Both the position numbers and the translations under genes were made by a program. A DNA stretch of 64,000 nt, taken from positions 224,013,741 through 224,077,740 of the forward strand of contig CM041465.1 in assembly GCA_023213395.1 (NCBI GenBank). The letters run 5' to 3'. Positions 53,901 to 64,000 of the stretch are shown here, one piece after another. The notes under the pieces are model-generated. The model searched no databases and was not told the origin of the DNA. It was given only the letters and a program-made list of their open reading frames with translations. Numbering within the stretch: position 1 is the stretch's first letter; the number at the start of each line of letters is the position of its first letter. The stretch comes from Cycas panzhihuaensis. Lineage: Eukaryota > Plantae > Cycadophyta.

Positions 53901-56820
53901 AGGAACAATTGAAGGCCTTTCCCCCATCCTCCTATTCCAAATTGGAATATGGACAACAAGAAATCAATCAAACTCTAGCCTATAAATTGCATCATGATGG
54001 GAAGGCAGTCAAAGGGAAGGATTTTCAATTAAAGAAGATCAACATTGAAACTAAGACAAAACCCAAACTGGTCATCATATGCAACTATTGGGACTAGGAA
54101 ACACTTCAATAAGGGACAACTCTTTTTATAGAGTATAAGGATGTTTTTGCATAGTCCTATAAGGACCCAAAGGAGATTCCCCTAGAGATCTAAGAACATA
54201 AAATTGAGCTATTAGAGAATATAAAACTAGTTAGGCAAGGGCCATATAAAATGAACTCAAAGTATAAGGAGCAAATCAAAACTAAGTTAAACAAATTATT
54301 GGCACTAAGATACATCTTTGAAGTAGAGAATAGTGAATGAGTTAGCCCAGTAGTGGTAGTACCTAAGAAGAATGAAAATTTGAGGGTCTGTATGGATTAT
54401 AGGGCTCTGAATAAAGCCACTAAAAGAGATCATTTTCCTATTCCATTCACAGAAGATGTGTTAGAAAAGGTCGTTGGGCATGAAGTCTTTTCATTCCTAG
54501 ATGGGTTCAACAACTACAACCAAGTTAGGTTAGCCCCTAAAAATCAATTAGAGACCACTTTAGTAACTGAATGGGGCATGTATGCATATGAGGTGATGTT
54601 GTTTGAACTCACAAATACACCTACCACCTTTCAAAGGGTTATTTTAAATATTTTTAGAGATGTGATAAGAAAGGCTATTGAGGTTTTCCTAGATGACTGG
54701 ACACTATATAGCTTACTAAAAAATCATTTGAGCAACTTATAGTTAATATTAAAAAATTGCAAGAAAAGTAAACTCTATCTAAATCTAGAAAAATATAGCT
54801 TTATGATACCATTTGGTTTATTGCTTGGACACATCATAATAAAAGAAGGATTGTCGACAAATCCAGAAAAGATATAGGTTATTTTGAATTTTCTAGTGTT
54901 ACAAAATACAAAGAATTTAAAAGGCTTTTTGGGAATGATGGGATACGACTATATGTCTATATGAATTTAAAAGGTTCATATGCGAGTATGCCCAAATTAC
55001 CCAACCTTTAGAAGTTTTGTTGAAGAAAACAGTGGTCTGGGAATGGACACTGAAACGGAAATTGGAATTTAACCTTTTGAAGAGAAGGGTAGTCGAAGCC
55101 CCTCTTTAAAGGTTTCAAGATTGGAAGAAATTGTTTCACATTCATGTGGATGCCTCGTTGCATGTCATTGGATGTGTCTTGGCCTAACCAACATATGAGA
55201 AAGTGGACCTTCCTATTTATTTTATAAGCAGGAAGCTGACTTTAGCTGAATGTAACTATTCAATCACAGAAAGGGAAGGACTAGGCATGGTATATGCCCT
55301 ACAAAAGTTCAAACATTATCTATTGGGTAATCCCTTTGTTTCCTTTATGGACCACCAGGCTCTGTAGTATTTAACTAACAAGACAATTCTCTTAAAGAAG
55401 AATTGTCTATTGGTTTATGCTCTTCCAAGATTTCATGCTCAAAATTGTGGTAAAGAAAGGAGAAAAACACGTCGTGCTGGACTAGCTTTCAAGAATCGAA
55501 GAAGGAGAAGTAGTAGCAGAAGTAGCTAATGATTTTATAAATCATAAGCTCTTTTTAGTCAAAACTATCCCTTTCTAGGACAAGGGAATTATTGAATATT
55601 TAACAAGAGAACAAACAGCAAGATGAATGGATAAAATAGAAAAGAAAAGCTTCATAAAAAAAGCCTTTCCCTTCAAGATGGTACATGGTATACCTTATAA
55701 ACTAGAACCAGGTGAAGTTCTAAGAAGATGTATTCTGGAGCATGAGGTGCAAGCTATGCTTAGAGAAACTCATGAAGGTGTAGCATCTGCTCACCATGGG
55801 GATGAAGCAACAACAAGGAAGGTGCTATTGGTGGGCTTGTGGTGGCTAACATTATTCGAGGATGTGAAGAAATAGGTTAAAACCTATGATGTGCATCAAC
55901 GAATAAGTAAGCCCTCCAAATCAAATTATTTACCATTGCACCCAATCCTGGACAGAGCTCCATTTGAAAAATAAGGACTAGATTTTATAGGTCCAATCAA
56001 CCCACCTACTAGAAGGACGAACGCCCGATATATCCTAGTAGCTACAAACTTTGAGACTAAATGGACAAAGGCAAAGTCCATGACACAGTGTGATCCTAAA
56101 AGCATCACCGGATTTTTATATGAAGTCATCATAGTATGTTTTGGATGCCCTCTAGAAATTGTATCCAACTAAGGTAGTAGTTTTTTTAATAAAACTATAA
56201 AGCATCTTACATCAGAATTTTTGATTCAGCGATCCTCACCTTACTATCCTAGAGAAAATGGGTAGGTGGAAAGCACTAATAAAATCTTAAACATTGTCTT
56301 GATGAAGATCTGTAGTGAAAAATGCACAGACTAAGTAGACAGACTTCATTCGATTTTGTGGACAGATAAAATGACAAGGAAACATCCTCATAAACATACT
56401 CCTTTCCAACTGGTGTATGGGTTAGAAGTAGTAGTTTCCTTAGAATTTCAAGTGGAAAGCATCCAAGTAGCTCAGTAGGTACAGCCTAGAGAGAAAGAAT
56501 CCCATGATCATCATCTGATCCAATTGCTAAAATTGGCTAAATAATAGATAAGAGCTATGTGGGATCTAAAAACGAAAAACACTAAAAGGAAAGCTTGGCA
56601 TGATTGGTATCTAAAGGCGCCCTAGTACTAGAAGAATGACTTAGTCCTATTGTATGATAATAAATTTAGGATCAAACCAGGTAAAATAAAGTTTAGATGG
56701 TTTGGCCCATACAAAGTCAATCAAATTCATGAAAATGGAGTAGTTAGACTGGAGTAACAGAACGGTAAGTTGTTGACAAAACATGTCAAGGGAAGTAGGT
56801 TAAAATTATATAGATATTAA
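50950..56820 (+). pseudogene. Gypsy gag-pol pseudogene of K (gag ~50950-52120, protease ~52600, RT ~54150-54950, RNase H ~55100-55500, integrase ~55700-56500, GPY/F ~56700)
   Basis: IIDGSSRVNV; LRVCMDYRALNKATKRDHFPIPF; FLDDW; HVDAS..NYSITEREGL; GLDFIGP; FRWFGPYKV. Confidence 0.93.
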
Positions 56821-57099
56821 AAAAAAAAGAGCTTACAACCCAAAGGGAAGCAGCGACCATCAAATCATGGTCATGATGTATGGGTCATGTCTTGGTGGTT
56901 GCATCATTAATAGAGACGGTTACAATTAAATCATAAAGGTTGTAGGAAATGTGCCATCATGAATACGACAAGATTAATGTACCATAATCATGAATTGACA
57001 ACATAATTGATGGTAAATTCACAATGCAGATAGGTAGCGATTACAAAAACCTCCTCAATTTCTTCTTAATACACCAGTCAACATCAATAGTTTGTGATA

Positions 57100-58262
57100 T
57101 AGAATGAAAACTTTGGCATGGTACCAAAGCAGAAATCTGCATGATGATAGAGATTAGAGATATTGAGAAGAACATTGTTTTTAGAGAGAATGATAATCCC
57201 AAAATTTGAGTCGAACGGCTCAAAATAAAATATATAAATAAACAGAAAAAGATAATAATCAAAGCCAAATTCGACAAATATGTTCTCGTTGGTATGTTTC
57301 CAATTTTTCCAATTTTTTAATCTTTGATAAACACCATTTTATCCATACATGCTAGAATATTAGACATATCAGTCGAGAACATGACGGCATTAACCGGCTT
57401 ACCCAACAAAGGAGAAGAAATATCCAAAAATAAGTAAATTTCGAGAGAGCAGCCGCAAAATAGATCAGAGAAGATGAACAAGATATATCAAGTTTAAGCC
57501 ACCCTAAGCACCAGATTACAAAATCAGTGGAAAGTGAAAATAGAAAGACAAAAGTGGAGGAAGCTAGACCAAGAAAAGCAATGCCAAGAAATTATTGATC
57601 AAATAAGAAACCAACTAATTGAAGTGGAAAACTCAATAGATAAGGGAATTTTGGAGGACGGATTAAACCAACGGAGTGTGATCCACAAGATGTCACATAG
57701 TGGAAGACCTCATTTCTAGCACAGGATACACGTCAACTAGTGACAGTGTTGAAAAGTGGCCACTACCAGATGTGCAACGTATGGTTCAGATGGAGTAGCG
57801 ACTTGATGAAATAGAATCAAAATTATAATCTTTGAAAGAATTTATATTGAAATAGATAGACAATGTAGATGAAGTTACAAAGTAATTAGAGAAATTCAAA
57901 GAGAATTTTAATCAACACATCCTAGAGGATCTCCAGCCAGTATTCCATCAACTCAGAGCCTAGATTTTGAAGACTAATAATGAACCCAAATGATGCATGG
58001 AGTTGTGGCAATAGATGAGAGCATATCATTCCAAACTACAAAGTGCTCAGAAGTTGAATGAAGATTTGACTCGAGAAATTACCTAGTTACATTCAAGTGA
58101 GATACCAACACTACCTCAGTTAGATGCACTTTATGATGTAGGAATGTTATGTAATTTTTTGAAGTATAAGGGTTTAAACATTCCACCACAGGTAGTGTGG
58201 CTTGACATTAAGTATATTAAGCGCAAAAGAGTAAAATTTGAGGAGGAGCAACGAAATGCGTG
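57100..58262 (+). pseudogene. Additional 3' ORF relic of K (LTGLPxxG motif followed by a coiled-coil-like region)
   Basis: Sense-strand frames give LDISVENMTALTGLPNKGEEI and KWRKLDQEKQCQEIIDQIRNQLIEVE. Confidence 0.6.
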
Positions 58263-59907
58263 ACAAAGATAAGTTCAGAGAAAATTTTCAAATTTTGGGG
58301 GCTTAAGAGACTAGAGAAATTTCAAAAATTTTGGTAACGAGTAAGGTCACTTGTTAAATTTGTCATAGGAGAGGTGTGGGGAAAAGGCACACAACTCTGA
58401 AAAATGAAGTGTAGCTTTTGACAGAATTAGGTCATACTAGGTGTGACCAAGTACAACCAAAAGTAGAATAAAGTAATAACATGTGCAACCAACTATGACC
58501 AGAAGTGCAACCAGGTGTGACCAAGCACAACTAATGATGCGACCAGCTGCAATCAGGTCATAATCAAGCACACAAAATACGATCAAAACTGTAATCTCAT
58601 TGCAAATATTAGTTGTAATAATTTAATTTGTTATGTAATAGATGCCAGTTGTAACCAAATATGTGAAATGTAACTAACGACTGAAGCTAAATAGATGCAT
58701 AACGTATCATGGTGTGTGTGCATAGATAATAGGAATCTTTGGCATCTTGATACCATTTGCATCACAAACTTTCCATTATATACTGCTCTAGCTTATGTTC
58801 GGTTGTAAAAGGACCAAACGTAGGGCCTTTATACTAATGAAGTTTTATGTTGCCTTATTTTGTTATAGATAGATGTGAGGTAGATTGACGACACACATTA
58901 GAACAAGCTAAGCAAGACGAGGAAGAAAAGAGGATAGCATTACAAAACATAGCTGTTAATCTCAAGAGATTAGTTGAAGAATTCAAACCATCTTACTCCA
59001 AAGCATCCTCTACTCTGCCACCTCAATCAACATTGATTGAAACTTCACCAAAAGAAGTTTTGGAGGAATAATAAAAAGGTTCAATTGGCGAGGTAGCTTC
59101 ACCAAAAGAAGTTTTGGAGGAGCAATAGAAGAATTCAAGCAATGTTTTGTATGAGTAAAATCTTTTACCCACACAACATGAAAGCAAAATAACTAAATCC
59201 TTGAAAGACCATGATCATCCCTACTTGTAGTATGAAAGTGTAAGCGAAAAGCAAAAACCAGTAACATTCAAACTGTAGGATTATTTGGGCCCCTGTTTTT
59301 GTAGATTGTCAATTTACTATAACATGGGACCACATTTATTTCACGAGGAGACCAAACCAAATAGGGCATCCCATTCCAGTCATTATTCAACAAAAATTGC
59401 ATATAGTATTCATCTTCTCTCACTAGCAAAGTAGGAGGAAATAATTTCCATTCAGAAACAAACCACTACGCTAAACATCATGTCAACAAAAAATGGTGGT
59501 CACATGCATTTTTGTATTAAGATGCATTGGGGGCAAAACATCTAATAGGGGAGGGAATGTGGTGAGCCTTCACCACATGTGAGTAGGTTAGTAGAAGGTT
59601 AAGGTTAGTAAAGTTTAAGAAAATTAAATAATTAAAAAAATAAGGGATTTGGTAGCTTAAAAGTAGGTGAAGATAATATTATGAGGAGATAGTGAGACTT
59701 TTGCTATAAATAACCCACTCTATATATTATTGAAATTAAATTATCTTATTGAAAAAATTGTTCCTGAAGCTCACTACAATGTGTCTTCATTTGTCTTTAA
59801 TACACTTACCCCCATCACCCATTCTATCCACCTCCATCATTTTTTAAGTTTTCTTGATCTTATTTTGAATACTGTAGGGGTAACAAGGGCAAACCTATTA
59901 TACAGAC

Positions 59908-62900
59908 TTTAACAAACTAAAATGTAAAACCTTTAAATGGCACCAAGAAAAAAGAGTAACTAAAAATCTTAAAAGCAAACTTGGGTTGTACAATCCAAAA
60001 GTCTCAAAAAAGGTAGAAAGGCATGACCCTTGGTTCATGTGGTTAAATCTACAATCTTAATAAGATAGAATCATGATACAATTGGACAGAAGCATGTTAT
60101 CCATTAATAATTAACTCCCCTTATCTTACAAAGATTGTAGAGTTGTCAAGGTGCTCAATATAACATTCTGCTTTCATTCACTTTCCCATCTCCTTTTTCT
60201 TGTCTCAAGGTAATGTAAAGGCTCTTGCACATATAACAATTTTTAAGTTAAATACCTCTCACCTATCTTTAGCCATACATTTAGATAACATTAAGCAAGT
60301 TTGGTATCTAATTCCTCTCCTTCAAGCATATAATGGCCAAATTCTCTATTGGGAAGAGGTAATTGCCCATAATCTCTTTCTTAAGAGGTTTTAGTAGGCA
60401 AGTTGTGACAATAAGGTGAAAGGTTGACAGGTCTAATGCCAAAAAGTTAGCTTCCATTATAACTACTATTGAAAATGACCATTTCAATGACTCTCTTCAA
60501 AAAGAAGCAACCAAGTTAAAGCATGCTGTAAAGATAACATAAACGAAAAAACCTGAAGGAGATAGAAGGGCTAGGCTTCATTAGGTAAAAGAAGGGGATA
60601 TATGCTCTAAATTCGTTTTTAGTCCTTGAAAAATAAGCAACCTAATGAGAAAATCCTTGACTTATAATCTCAAAAGGAGACACTAATCTCAGCACAAGAC
60701 ATTTCAAGGAAACTTGTTAAACACTTTACCCAAATTTTTAGGACCCAATCTCTTTCTATGAAAGTGGAGGAGACAATGAGCAAGCATCAATAATAGTCCC
60801 CTACAAATTGTCTTTAGTTGGGTGGTGGATTTGTAATGCACATATCAAACTACAAGAACTATCAAAGACACTCAATGAAATGACTAATGAAAAGTTGTCA
60901 AGACTTGATGGCTTTGCTATAAATTTTACAAGACTATATGGGAGTTTATTGGCCTACTTCTACTCAAGGTCTATTAAAAGACTCTAGTTATTGGTTTGCC
61001 TGGGAGTAACATCAATTAGGGTTCCATAAAGTTAATCTGTAAAGGAGAAGATGCTATGCTCATCACCAATCAAAGACCAATAACTCTACTAAATGTATCT
61101 TACAATCTTTTAGCAAAGGTCCTAGCCTTAAGAATTAGACCCCTCCAACCTGAGATTGTCTACCTTGAACATATAGGATTTACCAGAGGTCACTTCATCT
61201 TGGATGACAGTATAGGTGTTGGAGAAGGATTAGAGTGGGCTAGAATCCCAAATCAAGATGCACTCTTTATGAAACTAGACTCTGAAAAGACCTATGACAG
61301 AGTAGAATGGGGCTTTAATAATAAGCATGCTTTATGTTTTTGGTTTCAGAGAAAATTTCTAGAGAATAGTTAAAGTCTTGTTCAAAAACACATCTACCAA
61401 AGTTGTTATCGATGGGGTAATCTTATACAGTGCATCTAAGAAGATAAATAAGATAGAGGTATCCTTTACCCTCTTCACTTTTTGTTCTAGTAGGCGATGC
61501 CCTTAGGTATTTATTACAAAGTAAGGTTAACTCTCAATGTTTTAGGCGCATCTACCTTCCAGGGTTTGATAAGCAAATGGGTAGCAAGCACTTTGCAAAT
61601 GGTTCCTTCTTAACTATCAAAGACAAACTAAAAAGCACCAATTAGGAGTTATATGTGATCAATGTTTTTCGTATAGCCTTTGGTTCCAAAATTTAGTAGC
61701 ATAAAACTGCATGTTATCTCCAATCCTCAAGGACTATACCTGAATGGATCAAACAATGCAAATGGAATTAGATCCAAACAAGGGACATTTTTTAAGTTCT
61801 TAAGAATCCCCTTTGGGTTTGGCGCCTACCTACCAAAGATGTTGGAATATGTGTTGAATAAGGTGGAAAGGAAACTTACCCTATGGTCGTTCAAGTTTCT
61901 CTTGTTAACAGGAAAACTTCAAAACTGTTCCAAGATTTCTAGTGCGACCTGTGTAAACTATTCATCATGTTGGATTCCTTCCAGTGCAACATATAACAAG
62001 CTAATTGAGATTCTCAGATTCTCCGATGCTTCAATAGAATTAACTATAGAAATGTTGTAAGCCCAAGGAATACAATAGACTTGGACTCATCAACGTCACT
62101 CCAAGGCAAAATGCTTTGCACCAGATGGTTAGTAAGAGGGGTTAAAGGAGATGAGCCCTATAAGACCTTAGTCAAGCACAATTCGGGGCAAGCTAAGCCA
62201 TGTTGCATAAGCATATTCACTCTACCTACCCGTGAGCCCTTAATTATGACAATAGCTATTAAGGTGGTGGGATCCCCATTATTCAAAGTTATTTGGAGGG
62301 CATGAGAGGAGAGCAAGAAACTACTGACCTTGAAAGAAAATGAGCCATGTCAAGGGCTATTTTTCACAATTATTCCATTTGGTGGTCCATTGTTGCTATG
62401 CGAAAATTTATGCCTAACACAAACTCCATGGTAAGAGGCCAAGCACCTTTATAAAAAAGGACTATCGAGGGTGTTTTAGTTATTAATAAGCCTTGAGCAT
62501 GTTGCAAATCCTGGGTGACAGTTAGGCAAGAATTCAATCTTATAAACTCCAATAGGTTGATTATTGAAGAAATATAGAATTTATGTCCAACAATATAGCT
62601 CTCTAAGCTAGCCACAATAGCAAACAGTGAATTGTGGCAGAACTGGCCATGGAACCACTCAAAACTACTGAAGAAATTCTCTATTTCACATGCTTATAAA
62701 AATCTTGCCAACTATAAGGGGATAGCGATCACACTCAAACTAGACCTGGAGCATTGAATGCAGTGAAATGATGTGGAGGTGTCGATTTGAAAGGTTGTGG
62801 CATGTGCCAATGAAGCCCGAAGGCTTTCTTCGCCTAGTCAATTAGTCATAATCGACTAGCAGTCAAAACTAGGCTAGCGAAGCTAGTGCATATGGCATGT

Positions 62901-63250
62901 GCATTTTGTAACCATAAATAAATTATTCTTCATCTCTTCTGGTGGTGACCTTTCGCCAAACATGTTAAGTACCCAGTCAGCAATTTTAGCCAACCTATAG
63001 CATGAGAACTTTGGATGTAATGTAGCTCTATGCAATGACACCCAAATCTTCTTCAACTCTTTCCAAATGACCTGGGAGCTTATAAAAATTGAAGTTTTGT
63101 AGTTGTTTAGAAGTTAAGAAGTACTGTGTTTTTAAAACATAAATCACATGCATGCACTTTCTCAAAAGAAATGTTCTTCACCGCATTAAATGAATGTGCC
63201 TTTCAAATCAGCATTAAGGCTGAAAAAGTACAAGTTGAACTCAGGCACTT
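59908..63250 (+). pseudogene. LINE ORF2 remainder (endonuclease C-terminus, RT, C-terminal zinc-binding region)
   Basis: NQRPITLLNVSYNLLAKVLALRI, GFTRGHFILD, KLDSEKTYDRVEW, HFANG (YADD relic), FKFLRIPFG, CAFC...HLFW. Confidence 0.92.
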
Positions 63251-63389
63251 ATAGGAGCTAATCTAGCACTAGAAAAAGGTAGTTCAAGGTAGTTGAAGAA
63301 CCCACAAAGTTGTTCCAAAGGGAGGAGTGGATCTAGAAACAACCACCCTACTCCACCTTAGGAACATTTGGCATTTCGTATGCAAGTTA

Positions 63390-63520
63390 GCCTGGTCAAC
63401 CTGAGACCGAACAGTGCACCACATAGGTGTTGGTGTCGATCAATATTGAGCAGGCCTGGCCAACCTGAGACCAATCAACGCACCATGTAGGTGTTGCCGT
63501 CGATCAATATTGAGTAGGCC
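63390..63520 (+). repeat. Tandem duplication of about 64 bp in the LINE 3' region
   Basis: GCCTGG(T/C)CAACCTGAGACC...GTCGATCAATATTGAG(C/T)AGGCC occurs twice. Confidence 0.9.
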
Positions 63521-63834
63521 ACTTGTAAAGGGTGGAAGCTAAAAGATCAGCCCCAAGATATAGGGAATGATGGATGGGATTGTGGTCTTGTTCTCCTGAC
63601 TGCTAGAAGGGGGTGGGAATCCAACTAATTTGGCCTTTTGTGATTACTCAGCCCTATAAGCTCAAATACTATGTAATTTTGTGTCTTCTTGCTAGTACCC
63701 TAAAAAAGAAAAGTTTTGATGGTATCATCCAAAGTATGGCAGAGGTAACATTCTCTCTCTTAAAAATTTTCGTTGTACCATGTATGTAATTTTTTTGATT
63801 TAATGAATCATCATTTTACAACAAAAAAAAAAAA

Positions 63835-64000
63835 CACTTAGTTAAGCATGAAAAGTTGATGTGAAAAGCTAATTAATGTGATTGATTAAATATGAGAAGC
63901 TATTGTGAATAGCTAAATAGCTACTAATTAGTGTATGCTGTATATGGAAGGATTCTTTTGAAGATGTCATGAAATAGTAAATTTTTTAGATATATAATTT
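63835..64000. mobile_element. Continuation of the foldback-family copy split by the LINE
   Basis: GGATTCTTTTGAAGATGTCATGAAATAGTA matches 45793-45822 GGATTCTTTTGATAATATCATGAAATAGTA. Confidence 0.7.

Larger units (their letters stand above)
49613..58897 (+). mobile_element. Full-length degenerate Ty3/Gypsy element K, non-chromovirus (Athila-like)
   Basis: LTRs 49613-50174 and 58375-58897; TSD GTAGA/TTAGA; PBS TAGTTCTGTTGTCG (resembles the tRNA-Asp type TGGCGCCGTTGCCG); PPT AGGAGAGG; order gag-PR-RT-RH-IN; no chromodomain and no extra RNase H seen. Confidence 0.93.
48286..59902 (+). mobile_element. Non-autonomous gag-only Gypsy-type LTR element J (about 2.3 kb once K is removed)
   Basis: LTRs 48286-48621 and 59558-59902; degenerate Met PBS TAATATTAGAGC; PPT AGGGGAGGGAA; TSD poorly preserved (CACCT/CAGAC), but removing J restores the LINE frame IEAP-FNKLK. 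Confidence 0.85.
46465..63834 (+). mobile_element. Apparently full-length degenerate L1-type LINE, interrupted by J (which contains K)
   Basis: ORF1 zinc knuckle, endonuclease, RT, C-terminal Cys motif, 3' UTR, poly-A at 63823-63834; TSD core TTAGTTAA at 46457-46464 and 63838-63845. Confidence 0.88.

Noticed and set aside
58430-58590. Short repeats (GTGTGACCA/GTGCAACCA) that look like a spaced array, also at 49690-49810
   Set aside because: Irregular degenerate 10-11 bp subrepeats inside K's LTRs with no unique spacers; not CRISPR, and the context is eukaryotic
1-64000. Host protein-coding, tRNA or rRNA genes
   Set aside because: None recognisable. tRNA-complementary stretches are 11-14 nt PBS motifs only. 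A small exon within a giant intron cannot be excluded without transcript data

Overview
AT-rich eukaryotic (land-plant type) heterochromatin with no recognisable host gene. The whole window is a stack of old, nested retroelements. Their ORFs are broken mainly by C>T and G>A changes, for example TGG>TAG/TGA, CAA>TAA, and TG..CA LTR ends read as TA..TA. I reconstructed the nesting by eye from LTR pairs, primer-binding sites (PBS), polypurine tracts (PPT), target-site duplications (TSD) and reading-frame rejoining. (1) Copia A (5'-truncated) contains full-length Copia B, which holds a probable solo LTR. (2) Copia D (5'-truncated) contains Copia E (minus strand), Copia F (which holds a gag-only element H) and, in its 3' LTR, Copia G (which holds a 3.3-kb non-coding insert). 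(3) Next come a non-autonomous Copia I whose LTRs carry an internal PBS, and a minus-strand Gypsy remnant. (4) A foldback repeat contains a full-length L1-type LINE, which contains a gag-only Gypsy-type element J, which contains a full-length Athila-like Gypsy K. The most unusual observations are a tandem pair of capsid (Gag)-like domains between protease and RT in K's pol frame, two independent gag-only (TR-GAG-like) elements, PBS capture inside the LTRs of I, and GC-rich hairpin modules in LTRs. All family assignments come from recognised motifs, not database searches.
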